A stretch of DNA of 63,471 nucleotides, counting the filler, from Deltaproteobacteria bacterium (GTDB taxonomy: Bacteria; JACQOV01), in the NCBI GenBank assembly GCA_016202395.1. It is 5 parts of 5 records of this genome, joined end to end, with 100 filler letters (N's around TTAATTAATTAA, not from the genome) between each part and the next. Parts side by side here need not be neighbours in the genome. Positions count along the whole stretch, not along the records: positions 25,931 to 54,987 come from JACQOV010000103.1; positions 55,088 to 58,731 come from JACQOV010000012.1; 3 more parts are not named here. One strand, 5' to 3'. Shown here one piece after another: positions 47,615 through 56,223 of the stretch. The translations under genes were made by a program, and so were the position numbers. Under the pieces are notes generated by a model. It was given only the letters and a program-made list of their open reading frames with translations, had not been told where the DNA came from and did not search any database. Every line of letters begins with the position of its first letter. Positions within the stretch are counted from its first letter, which is position 1.

Positions 47615-49483
47615 TTATCCATCGGGAGGGATAAAACTGGCGGTGGTCGTGGAGGTGCCATCTCCCATCACAAACTGAATCGTGAAGGCGCGAGTGCTCA
47701 TGTCCCCATTGAATCGGAAGAAATCGATCGATTTTGTCTGGCCGGCCGTGAGGGTCACATCGGTCACGTTCTGATTCGATCCCGAGGCGACATTGCCAGT
47801 CCAAACCGTAGAACCAACGACATCGATCCGTTGTAATCTTCGCCCTCCCGTGGTGGGACTCCAGGTTACAATCACCCGATCCCATGTAATCGTGGAGCTC
47901 CCTGTGTTCGTGAGGGTGATCCCCATCAAATCGATATCCCCGCTGCCAGCGATATTAGCCGCCGAGATATCGACCGAGAGGTGATTTGCCTGAGCATCAG
48001 GCGTGAAGGTGGCAGACTTCGTATTTCCATCGGCCATCGTCCATTGAAGCGTGAAAGCAAGGCCAGGGGTCACATCGTCATTAAATTCGAGACGTGTTAT
48101 GTTTTGAGGGCCAATGCCGTTCGTCAGATAAAGATCGTTGTCTCCAAAATCGACGGCAGAGCCACTCGCGGCGTTGCTGTTGTAGGTGTTACTTCCATCG
48201 ACATCGACGATCACGCTCTGAGTCAGCCGCCGACTACTCTCACCACTCCATGAAAGCGTCAGGTTCGTCATCCCAATATCGGCCCCACAGGTATTTTCTA
48301 GAGTAAGCCCGATAATTTGCGTGTTGTCGGAAGGGTTGATCGAAGAGTTGCTGGCGTTGATCGTCAAGCAATCGTGCTCATTACTATTAAAAAGATTGAG
48401 AGGGGTGCTGCTTGTCGTCCCATCGGCCCATTGCCAAACGACGGTGTCGTTGCGCCCCAGCATTTCATCATCAAACCGAAAACGATCGACCGTCAGCGTG
48501 GTGGAGGCGCTGATCGACTGATCGACATCGATCTGAACGCCACTGGCTGCGGAGGAGCTGTAGATGTTGCTCCCATCGATTCGGACCTGTTCCAGATTGC
48601 GGCTGGGAGAGGTGGGCGTCCAGCTCACAGTCATTTTATCGAGCCGAATGGGGCTGGAACAGGTGTTTTGAACGGTGGTTCCAGTAAGGTCTCGCCAAAG
48701 ACTGCTCGTTTGAGTCAAACGGGCGCTAGCGGTATTCCAGCTAAAACAGCTCGCTTGATTGGAGGCCAGAAAATTGACCTGAACCGTTTTTGTGGAGCTG
48801 TCCTCCATTAAAAAAACCAACGTGAAATTGTGATTCGTGATATTCGAACTCCAACGGATGTCGGTGAGATCGTGATCGCTGCTATCGTTGATAGTATAGT
48901 CATTGGATCCGAAATCGAAGGTCGATCCCGAACTTTGAGCAGGGCCGCTGTACTCCACAGACCCCCCTGCAATCCTAATCCGATTAGCTTGTTCACCGTT
49001 ATCGGGAGTCCAACTCATCTGCATCCCTGTGATGACAAGGGCCGCGGTACAACTCGCATCTCGGCTCAGAACTAATCCGACCAACAAGGTATTTCCCGAA
49101 ATCGCCTTTGCAGAGGTATCGACTTGAAGGCAAGACCCCTGGCTCGGGGGATTCGGATCGGTCACGGAATAAGTCGCCACGGCGCTCTTCTCGGTTGCCG
49201 ACACCGTAATCAAACTGGAGGCTCGCGTAATATTGATCGTCTCTCCCGAGAAGTTACGGGTAAAGGTCAACGCGCTGGAGCCACCGGTTAAGATCTGCCC
49301 TAAAGCAAATTCGATACCGGCATGAGCGCTGTAGAACGCCTGATCGCTTGTGACCTGTTGGATACGGGTTTGCTGATTGGAGGCTACAAAATAGGCGATT
49401 CCCGCTCCCAGCGCCCCCATGAGAAAAATCGCAATAAGGGCAGCGACAACGGCAACCCCTCTTTCGTTATTGAAATCCGGCAT
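47615..49483 (-). CDS. PilX/MshP-like minor pilin fused to four tandem beta-rich repeats (putative adhesin)
   Basis: NERG-VAVVAALI, QAFYSAHAGIE; four ~125-aa repeats. Confidence 0.75.
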   Translation of the reverse strand: MPDFNNERGVAVVAALIAIFLMGALGAGIAYFVASNQQTRIQQVTSDQAFYSAHAGIEFALGQILTGGSSALTFTRNFSGETINITRASSLITVSATEKSAVATYSVTDPNPPSQGSCLQVDTSAKAISGNTLLVGLVLSRDASCTAALVITGMQMSWTPDNGEQANRIRIAGGSVEYSGPAQSSGSTFDFGSNDYTINDSSDHDLTDIRWSSNITNHNFTLVFLMEDSSTKTVQVNFLASNQASCFSWNTASARLTQTSSLWRDLTGTTVQNTCSSPIRLDKMTVSWTPTSPSRNLEQVRIDGSNIYSSSAASGVQIDVDQSISASTTLTVDRFRFDDEMLGRNDTVVWQWADGTTSSTPLNLFNSNEHDCLTINASNSSINPSDNTQIIGLTLENTCGADIGMTNLTLSWSGESSRRLTQSVIVDVDGSNTYNSNAASGSAVDFGDNDLYLTNGIGPQNITRLEFNDDVTPGLAFTLQWTMADGNTKSATFTPDAQANHLSVDISAANIAGSGDIDLMGITLTNTGSSTITWDRVIVTWSPTTGGRRLQRIDVVGSTVWTGNVASGSNQNVTDVTLTAGQTKSIDFFRFNGDMSTRAFTIQFVMGDGTSTTTASFIPPDG

Positions 49484-49982
49484 AGCGACTAAAAAACTTT
49501 CTTGGGAAAACGTGATTGCGAACCGTCATCGATCCGTAACCGGCGCCCGCGCTGATCGAAAGCTCAACCTGAACCCTTTGAATATTGGCCTTCGTCGCGG
49601 TGGAGTTCCCATCGGCATCGAGATAGGTAAAAGTCAAAGCCATCGCACTGTTCGCCAACGTCACGCCACTGCGCTGTAAATTGTCTCCGCTGAGAGAGTA
49701 GTTGATATTACTTTCGGTCGAAAGATCGAATTGAAAAACGCTGGAGGTGAAGGTGTCAATATCGTTCTGCGTGGCGATGAGTCGGGCCTCGCTCGCTATC
49801 CGCTCCATGGCGAGTCTTGCAGAATTTAAGGCCACTTTGCGATTGACGATGAGCGCGTAACTTCGGATGCCTGTCCCCAGGACAGGCCCCACGACAGCAG
49901 CAAGAATCCCAAGGATTGCCATCGAAAGGAGAAGTTCAACAAGAGTAAAACCGCAGATTTTTTTACGAACTATAGTTTGCAA
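49467..49982 (-). CDS. Minor pilin (PilW/MshO-like)
   Basis: G-FTLVELLLSM prepilin motif; ARLAMERI..E.R. Confidence 0.85.
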   Translation of the reverse strand: MQTIVRKKICGFTLVELLLSMAILGILAAVVGPVLGTGIRSYALIVNRKVALNSARLAMERIASEARLIATQNDIDTFTSSVFQFDLSTESNINYSLSGDNLQRSGVTLANSAMALTFTYLDADGNSTATKANIQRVQVELSISAGAGYGSMTVRNHVFPRKFFSRYAGFQ

Positions 49983-50499
49983 GGAGCGTCTCCAGTTTGA
50001 CCGACTGAGCCCCTCCCAACCCGCTCACGGTGACAGTAACTCGGGCATAACCGGAACCGGATTGCGCGTTCAAAAAATCATCGGTTGCGCTATCATCGTC
50101 AGGATTGACCTCCGTGATCGTGACGGTCCGAGTAAACTCGCTGTACTCACCCGAGAGAGCTCCCTCCGAATAGTTCGTGGCAATCGTCGTGGCGTATCCT
50201 TTGTTGGCTCGATCGGCGATGATCTGCTCTAGTTTTTCACGGGCGAGGTTGGAAGCAATCAGGGTCTGATCCGCCAGCAACGAAGCCTGCGTCCCCCCAT
50301 TCATCACATACAAAACTCCCAGGAGCCCCACTCCCACGATCGCAATCATCAACACCGCTTCGATGAGGGTAAACCCCAGAACCCTCTTGTCATCCCCGTG
50401 AAAACGGGGATCCAGATCTTTCGATAGACTGGATTCCCACTTCCGTGGGAATGACGCTGGATCCCCGCTTGCGCGGGGATGACGTGATTCCCGCTTCAT
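49963..50499 (-). CDS. Minor pilin (PilV/MshD-like) with repeat-extended leader
   Basis: G-FTLIE; LAREKLEQI; ATG at 50499 directly after the upstream stop. Confidence 0.82.
   Translation of the reverse strand: MKRESRHPRASGDPASFPRKWESSLSKDLDPRFHGDDKRVLGFTLIEAVLMIAIVGVGLLGVLYVMNGGTQASLLADQTLIASNLAREKLEQIIADRANKGYATTIATNYSEGALSGEYSEFTRTVTITEVNPDDDSATDDFLNAQSGSGYARVTVTVSGLGGAQSVKLETLLANYSS
50389..50484. repeat. Three dRS3/RPE-like palindromes inside the prepilin leader
   Basis: 50389-50415 (inverted), 50429-50456 and 50457-50484. Confidence 0.9.
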
Positions 50500-50500
50500 T

Positions 50501-50971
50501 TTATTGCACGGTAACGTGGCCGGTGACGGCGGTAACGATGATGGTTTTTGTGTTGGTTCCATCGGTAATCTGGACACTCCCTCCCCCTCCCGTCGTAGGA
50601 GACCCTAAAGAATTAAACTCCACGGTGTAGTTTCCACCCGTCAGGGTCACTCCCGACCATTTAGAGAAGGTTTCGATGAGATTTTGCTTCGTTAAAGGAT
50701 CCGCAACCGGGGTCGTCACCGCTGTTTGATAGACGGTGTACTGATCCGTGGAATCATTGAAGAAGACTCCAAAGGTTGTCCCCTTTTTCGTCATGGCGAG
50801 GCTTCGAGCCTGTTCAATATCAGTGCGAACTTTTTCGGCTGCAACCTGAAGATGGGAGCGTTTAAAATTAAAGGTCATCGTCACCACCCCTACCGCGAAA
50901 AGACCCAGAAGGGCGATGACTAGAACCAACTCCACCAGGGTAAACCCATTTTTCAGCGGCCTGCTATCCAC
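50501..50971 (-). CDS. Minor pilin (FimT/MshC-like)
   Basis: G-FTLVELVLVI; DIEQARSLAM; FNSLGSP; VTGHV. Confidence 0.85.
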   Translation of the reverse strand: MDSRPLKNGFTLVELVLVIALLGLFAVGVVTMTFNFKRSHLQVAAEKVRTDIEQARSLAMTKKGTTFGVFFNDSTDQYTVYQTAVTTPVADPLTKQNLIETFSKWSGVTLTGGNYTVEFNSLGSPTTGGGGSVQITDGTNTKTIIVTAVTGHVTVQ

Positions 50972-51407
50972 AATCGGCTACCCCTAAAAACGTTCCACTC
51001 GCGCTCGTATATTGATATTCGACATCCGTTCCTTGATTCAAGGCTCCATTCCCATTGGTGTCAAAGGCATAGCAATCATCATCGATTTTAAACCACTGAG
51101 AGGTCACCCCATTTTGCAAAACCTGATTAAAGAGGGGGACCGTCCGCTCGGCAGCCGTCGCATCCGCAAGATCGCTCGTCTCAAGCAAAGTGGGATAGCT
51201 TTCCGCGCTCCCAGAGGCAATCTGATTGGCGGCATAGAGGCTTAAACCGGACTGAATCGCCCCCACCACTCCATCGCGGGCATTGTTTCTGGCGGCCGTG
51301 AGCGAGATATCAAAGATGTTGGGGAGCGCCGAGACTGCTAAAACCCCTAAGATGGCGATCACCAGAACGAGTTCAATTAACGTAAAACCTTTGTGATCGA
51401 AATTCAT
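50964..51407 (-). CDS. Type IV pilin, probable major (MshA-like)
   Basis: AAGGAG RBS; MNFDHKG-FTLIELVLVIAILGVLAVSALP. Confidence 0.85.
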   Translation of the reverse strand: MNFDHKGFTLIELVLVIAILGVLAVSALPNIFDISLTAARNNARDGVVGAIQSGLSLYAANQIASGSAESYPTLLETSDLADATAAERTVPLFNQVLQNGVTSQWFKIDDDCYAFDTNGNGALNQGTDVEYQYTSASGTFLGVADCG

Positions 51408-51421
51408 TTTCGGCTCCTTTC

Positions 51422-51832
51422 TTACCAAGATTGATACGACTCCGTCCCTGGCCAAACACGGCCGGCCGTGGGATCGTATTGGAAACGGTGGCCAAAAGGA
51501 TCGAGGGGATAGTTTCCGCCATCCACTTCAACCCCTGTGAGATAAAGAGAGCTGCGACGCCCTACCGTATATTTCTGTGTCGTCAACGCCTGCAAATCGG
51601 GAGGAAAAGCGCCGCTCAACGCAACATAGAGATGGATCGACCCTCGGATCGCTTGCAACTGCGCGATTAATGCCTGTTCATCGGCGGCTTTATTGTTGAC
51701 ATAAAGTCTCAACCCCAACACTCCCAAAGCTGCGAGCAGGATTCCTATCCACAAAATTATCTTCGACCCTTGCTTTCGATTTTTTTCCGGTCGAACCTCT
51801 TCGGATCGAATCTCTTCTTGAATCTCAGCCAC
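51422..51832 (-). CDS. Pilin/pseudopilin-like membrane protein without a canonical cleavage motif
   Basis: TM helix, G.FPPDLQAL, LDPFG..FQY (GspG-like). Confidence 0.6.
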   Translation of the reverse strand: MAEIQEEIRSEEVRPEKNRKQGSKIILWIGILLAALGVLGLRLYVNNKAADEQALIAQLQAIRGSIHLYVALSGAFPPDLQALTTQKYTVGRRSSLYLTGVEVDGGNYPLDPFGHRFQYDPTAGRVWPGTESYQSW

Positions 51833-51833
51833 A

Positions 51834-53054
51834 TTATCCTCCAGGAAGGATGAGTTTGGTAACGTTCCACATCGGCAGAAAGATTGCTAGCGCCAAAAGT
51901 CCTACCATAAAAAAGATCCCCACGAGAAGCAACGGCTCAATCAGGGTCGTCATCCGACTCAGCATATCGGAAACCTCCTCGTCATAAAAACGAGCCGTGG
52001 AATCTAAAAGCTCATCCAACATCCCCGATTGCTCCCCCACAGCCACCGATTCTACCAAAAGTGGGGTAAAAAATCTCTTCCCCTCCATGGCAATCGACAA
52101 AGGGGTCCCTTTCTGGACAGCGAGGTTGATCTCCTGAACCTCCCCCTCATAGGCCTTGTTTCCCATGACCTTCCCCACAACCCCCAAGGTGCGCGACAGA
52201 GAGACCCCACTTCTATACAGAGCGCTCACCAAATGAGCAAACCGAGCATTCACCACCATCCGATTCAAACGTCCAAAAACAGGAAATTTAAACTGGAGAC
52301 GATCCCATTGAAAACGGCCTCGCGGAGTCAACAGAACACTCTTGAATCCAAAGATTCCAGCGAGGACCACAAGCAAGACAATATACCCCTGATGAACAAC
52401 AATGTCACTCAGACCGATCATCATTCGAGTGGGAAGTGGAAGAGTGGCTCCATAACCGGCATAGAAATCGGCAAAGCGGGGGACGACATAGCTCATCATT
52501 CCAGTAAAAACGAGGATAAAAACAGTGATGACAATCCGAGGGTAAAGGGTTGCCGATTTCACACTGGCGATCACTCGATGTTCCTTTGCTAAAACCTCCG
52601 CAAGTTGAGTGAGGGTCTTGTCGAGCCCCCCTCCGTGCTCTCCAACCACGAGCATGTTCACATAAAGCTCGTCAAAGCAGTCGGGATGGCGACTAAAGGC
52701 CTCCGATAACGCCACACCGCCAGAAACGTTGCGCTGAATCTCGCCCAAAGCTTGCTGAAGTCGAGGGTCTGAGGTTTGTCGTGTGAGGAGGGTCAAGATC
52801 CGATCCATGGCGACCCCTGCCTTGAATAGAGCGGCAAATTGGCGGGTGATCGCAATGAGCTCTTTGGATTCCACCTTCCGTTTGCGACGTAGAAAAGAAG
52901 GGAGTTCTAGCCGCATTTCTTTAGAAGAAACCTCCCTAGGAATCAGCCCCTTCTTTGCCAGCTCTGCCTTGACGGTCCTCGCATTTTCTCCCTGGACCTC
53001 TCCTGCCACTAAGGTCCCCTTCGCATCCCACGCTTTGTACAAATATAAAGCCAT
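51834..53054 (-). CDS. Platform protein PilC/GspF/MshG
   Basis: RQFAALFKAGV, GEHGG.L, ATLYP, LPLPTR, GEQSG.LD, LIEP. Confidence 0.93.
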   Translation of the reverse strand: MALYLYKAWDAKGTLVAGEVQGENARTVKAELAKKGLIPREVSSKEMRLELPSFLRRKRKVESKELIAITRQFAALFKAGVAMDRILTLLTRQTSDPRLQQALGEIQRNVSGGVALSEAFSRHPDCFDELYVNMLVVGEHGGGLDKTLTQLAEVLAKEHRVIASVKSATLYPRIVITVFILVFTGMMSYVVPRFADFYAGYGATLPLPTRMMIGLSDIVVHQGYIVLLVVLAGIFGFKSVLLTPRGRFQWDRLQFKFPVFGRLNRMVVNARFAHLVSALYRSGVSLSRTLGVVGKVMGNKAYEGEVQEINLAVQKGTPLSIAMEGKRFFTPLLVESVAVGEQSGMLDELLDSTARFYDEEVSDMLSRMTTLIEPLLLVGIFFMVGLLALAIFLPMWNVTKLILPGG

Positions 53055-53056
53055 CG

Positions 53057-54760
53057 TTATGTCTCGGCGGTGACGCGTAAAACCTCGTCAAGGGTGGTTG
53101 CTCCTTGTTTAATCTTCTCAATCCCATCCGCGAGAATGGGGTGATGTCCCAACGCGGCCACTTTTTCTCGAATCCGAACCTCAGGGAGGCGATTATTGAT
53201 TAAAACCCGCACTTCGTCGTTCACCTGGACAATCTCGAATAGCCCCATCCTACCTCGATAGCCGGTCTGACGGCACTCTTTACAACCGATTCCACGATAG
53301 GCCTGGATTCCTCCCACCTCCAACCCCAATTGCTGAAGTTGAGAGGGGCCAACCTCGCACTCCGATTTGCACTGAGGACAGATCTTTCGGATGAGTCTTT
53401 GGGCCACGACCCCAATCAGGCTTGAGCTGATGAGAAACGGCTCTACCCCCAAATCGATCAATCGGGCGATCGCTCCAATAGCCGTGTTGGTGTGCAAACT
53501 GGAAAAGACAAGATGGCCGGTCATGGCGGCGCGCACTGCAATCTCGGCGGTCTCTGCATCTCGAATCTCTCCAACCAAGATCACATCAGGATCCTCTCGA
53601 AGCATCGCACGCAAGGAGGAGGCAAAGGTTAATCCCGCTTTGAGGTGGACTTGCTGTTGAGAGACGCCAGGGATCTCATTCTCAATGGGATCCTCAATGG
53701 AAAGGATATGTCTATCGCCAGAATTGATCTGCATGAGAGAGGCGTAGAGCGTGGTCGTTTTTCCAGAACCGGTAGGCCCGGTCACCAAGAAAATTCCGTG
53801 AGGCTTTACAATGAGCGACTTAAAAATTTTAAGGTCGGTCTCCAAAAAACCAAGCTCCTCCAACGTCCGAAGCTGCTCTTTGCTCAGAAGCCGAATCGCG
53901 GCCGCCTCACCAAATAGGGTCGGATAAGTGGCAATGCGCAGATCGACCTCCTTTTCTGAAACACGCACCCGCACACGCCCATCTTGAGGAAGCCGGCGCT
54001 CCGCAATATCCATCCCCCCCATAATCTTAATCCTAGAGATTAAAGAGAGATGCATCGTTTTTGAGAGCGAGGGGAGCTCCTCTAAAACGCCGTCGATTCG
54101 CAAACGAACGCGGACTTTTTCTCGAGTCGGCTCCAAATGGATATCGCTTGCAGAATCGGCATAAGCCCGAGAAAGAAGGTTGTTGACCGTGCTCACAATC
54201 TTTTGATTAGAAGCCTCTCGCTCTAAACGCTCAATGGGGGTTTCCTCGACAACGGCGGCCTCTACAGAACCCAAAATCTCAATCTCTCCCGAGGTGGCCT
54301 CCTCCATGAGGTCCGCGACCCGATAGTGTTCCCGAATGGCAAGCTCGATATCCCGATCCAACGCGTAAATCGGATCGATATCAGCCTTCAACGCATCCTG
54401 AATATCGTCTAACGCCATCAAGTTCATAGGATTGGAGGTCGCCACGGTGATCCGATTTTCGATCTTAAAAAGAGGAATGGCGCGATATTTACGGGCCAGA
54501 GAAACCGGCAAGAGTTTAACAATCTCCGGATCGAGCCGATACTTGACGAGAGAAACAAAGGTGGTTTTCAACTTTCGGGCGAGCGCTTTTAAAAGAGCCT
54601 CTTCCTGTAAAAACCCTTTTTGGATTAGAATCTGCTCCAGGGGAAGTCCCAAATTTTTTTGGGACTCTAAGGCCACGGCCCACTGATCGGAGGTAAGAAG
54701 TCCCACCCCAACTAAGGCTTCCTGAAGAGTCTGTAAAGCGATTCCACCAACATGGGGCAT
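53057..54760 (-). CDS. Assembly ATPase PilB/GspE/MshE
   Basis: ASDIHLEP, GPTGSGKTTT, EDPIE, VGEIRD, TGHLVFSSLH, CxxC...CxxC. Confidence 0.95.
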   Translation of the reverse strand: MPHVGGIALQTLQEALVGVGLLTSDQWAVALESQKNLGLPLEQILIQKGFLQEEALLKALARKLKTTFVSLVKYRLDPEIVKLLPVSLARKYRAIPLFKIENRITVATSNPMNLMALDDIQDALKADIDPIYALDRDIELAIREHYRVADLMEEATSGEIEILGSVEAAVVEETPIERLEREASNQKIVSTVNNLLSRAYADSASDIHLEPTREKVRVRLRIDGVLEELPSLSKTMHLSLISRIKIMGGMDIAERRLPQDGRVRVRVSEKEVDLRIATYPTLFGEAAAIRLLSKEQLRTLEELGFLETDLKIFKSLIVKPHGIFLVTGPTGSGKTTTLYASLMQINSGDRHILSIEDPIENEIPGVSQQQVHLKAGLTFASSLRAMLREDPDVILVGEIRDAETAEIAVRAAMTGHLVFSSLHTNTAIGAIARLIDLGVEPFLISSSLIGVVAQRLIRKICPQCKSECEVGPSQLQQLGLEVGGIQAYRGIGCKECRQTGYRGRMGLFEIVQVNDEVRVLINNRLPEVRIREKVAALGHHPILADGIEKIKQGATTLDEVLRVTAET

Positions 54761-54781
54761 AACGAAGGTGTTCTTAACCTC

Positions 54782-54987
54782 CTATAGGGCGCCTATGAAT
54801 TTTTGGATTTTACTTAAGAGAAGCTGATTGTCAAAAGGCTTCGTGATGTAATCATCGGCCCCCACCTCTTTCCCCACCACTTTATCTCGTTCTTGTCCCC
54901 GCGCCGTTAATAGAATGACAGGAATGTGTTGATAATTTTCGTCAAACTTTAAAAATCGGCAAACCTGATAGCCATCCATCTTAGGCA
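54782..54987 (-). CDS. Response regulator receiver, C-terminal fragment
   Basis: PKMDGYQVC, IPVILLTA, GADDYITKPF; cut by the gap. Confidence 0.9.
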
Positions 54988-55087
54988 NNNNNNNNNNNNN
55001 NNNNNNNNNNNNNNNNNNNNNNNNNNNNNNNTTAATTAATTAANNNNNNNNNNNNNNNNNNNNNNNNNNNNNNNNNNNNNNNNNNNN
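54988..55087. other. Artificial contig linker
   Basis: N-run with TTAATTAATTAA. Confidence 0.97.
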
Positions 55088-55088
55088 A

Positions 55089-55268
55089 AGGGCACCTCTA
55101 AAAACTATGTTCGTCACGAAAAAACAGGATCTGAGCCGAGACAAGGAAGATGAACAAAAAGCCCGCAAGCGTAGCCAAAGTGCTACGCTGAGGACTTTTT
55201 GTGAAATCTGACGCAGTCGCAGGCCAGAGCCCGTTTTTGCAGTAGAAGATAGTTTTTAGAGGTGCCCT
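55089..55268. mobile_element. 180-bp MITE with 20-bp terminal inverted repeats
   Basis: AGGGCACCTCTAAAAACTAT (55089-55108) and ATAGTTTTTAGAGGTGCCCT (55249-55268); internal GCGTAGC/GCTACGC hairpin. Confidence 0.82.
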
Positions 55269-56115
55269 AAATAGTCTGGATTCGTCTTCGAAAGGCCCGT
55301 TGGAGGGAGGAGATTGCAGGATGGGAAGAATCTCCTGTCTTCCGGCCATCAAACTCCAGGATGGGGGCGATCTCGACAATCGAGCTGGTCATGAAAACCT
55401 CGTCCGCCTTGAAAAGTTGATCGCGATGGATCATCGTTTCTTCAACGGGAATACCCGCCTCGCGCGCTAATTGAAGGACAGTCTGTCGAGTGATCCCAGC
55501 CAAAACAGCCCCTCGCAAAGGGGGCGTTTTGAGAGTCCCCTTTTCAACGATAAAAATATTGCTTCGGGCCCCTTCTAAAACATACCCAGGGTCATCGACA
55601 AAAAAGGCCTCGAACCAGCCATTCTTTTTTGCAATCCGGGAGACCATGACCGTCGGAAGATAGTTAATGGTTTTGTGATGCGAGAGTTGCGGAGAAAGCC
55701 ACGAGGCCTCAACACTGCCACACCGAATCCCTTTTTGCCAGGTTTCAATCTCAACCCGATCCACAGGTTTTACAAAAACGACCCACGTGGGCCGATCGGG
55801 CTCGGCCGCATAATCCAAAGTAGAAACACCTCGTGTCACTTCAATGCGAACCGCAGCCTCTTTTCTCAATAAATCATTTTTTTGAAGCAACTCTTGAACC
55901 CAACCGTGAATCTCTTCCGAAGAATGGTCGAGTTTAAGCTCAATAAATTGAGCGGAGGACTCTAAGCGACGCCAGTGCCCGCTCCACTCAAAAACTTTTC
56001 CCTCATAGGAATGCAATGTTTCAAACACCCCATCACCATAGAGAAAACCTCGGTCAAATGCGGAAACTTTGGCTTTATCGTCTGCTAAGAATTCTCCATT
56101 AATACAAATGATCAT
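55267..56115 (-). CDS. Class IV aminotransferase (PabC/IlvE-like)
   Basis: DRGFLYGDGVFET, HKTINY, EG..SNIF, LAGITR, ADEVFMTSS; next to a pabB-like gene. Confidence 0.9.
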   Translation of the reverse strand: MIICINGEFLADDKAKVSAFDRGFLYGDGVFETLHSYEGKVFEWSGHWRRLESSAQFIELKLDHSSEEIHGWVQELLQKNDLLRKEAAVRIEVTRGVSTLDYAAEPDRPTWVVFVKPVDRVEIETWQKGIRCGSVEASWLSPQLSHHKTINYLPTVMVSRIAKKNGWFEAFFVDDPGYVLEGARSNIFIVEKGTLKTPPLRGAVLAGITRQTVLQLAREAGIPVEETMIHRDQLFKADEVFMTSSIVEIAPILEFDGRKTGDSSHPAISSLQRAFRRRIQTI

Positions 56116-56117
56116 AT

Positions 56118-56223
56118 CCCCTCACCTCAATCCTCTCCCCAGAGGGGAGAGGAGGAAAAAGACATTGATTCCCCCTTCTTCTTTTTCCTCTCCCCAGAGG
56201 GGAGAGGACCTAAGGTGAGGGGA
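56118..56223. repeat. Inverted pair of CCTCTCCCC/GGGGAGAGG palindromes overlapping the pabB 3' end
   Basis: tcctctccccagaggggagagga occurs twice, framed by cccctcacct/aggtgagggg. Confidence 0.85.

Noticed and set aside
50500-50577. Longer N-terminus of the 49963 pilin ORF
   Set aside because: Overlaps the upstream pilin; ATG 50499 directly after its stop is more plausible.
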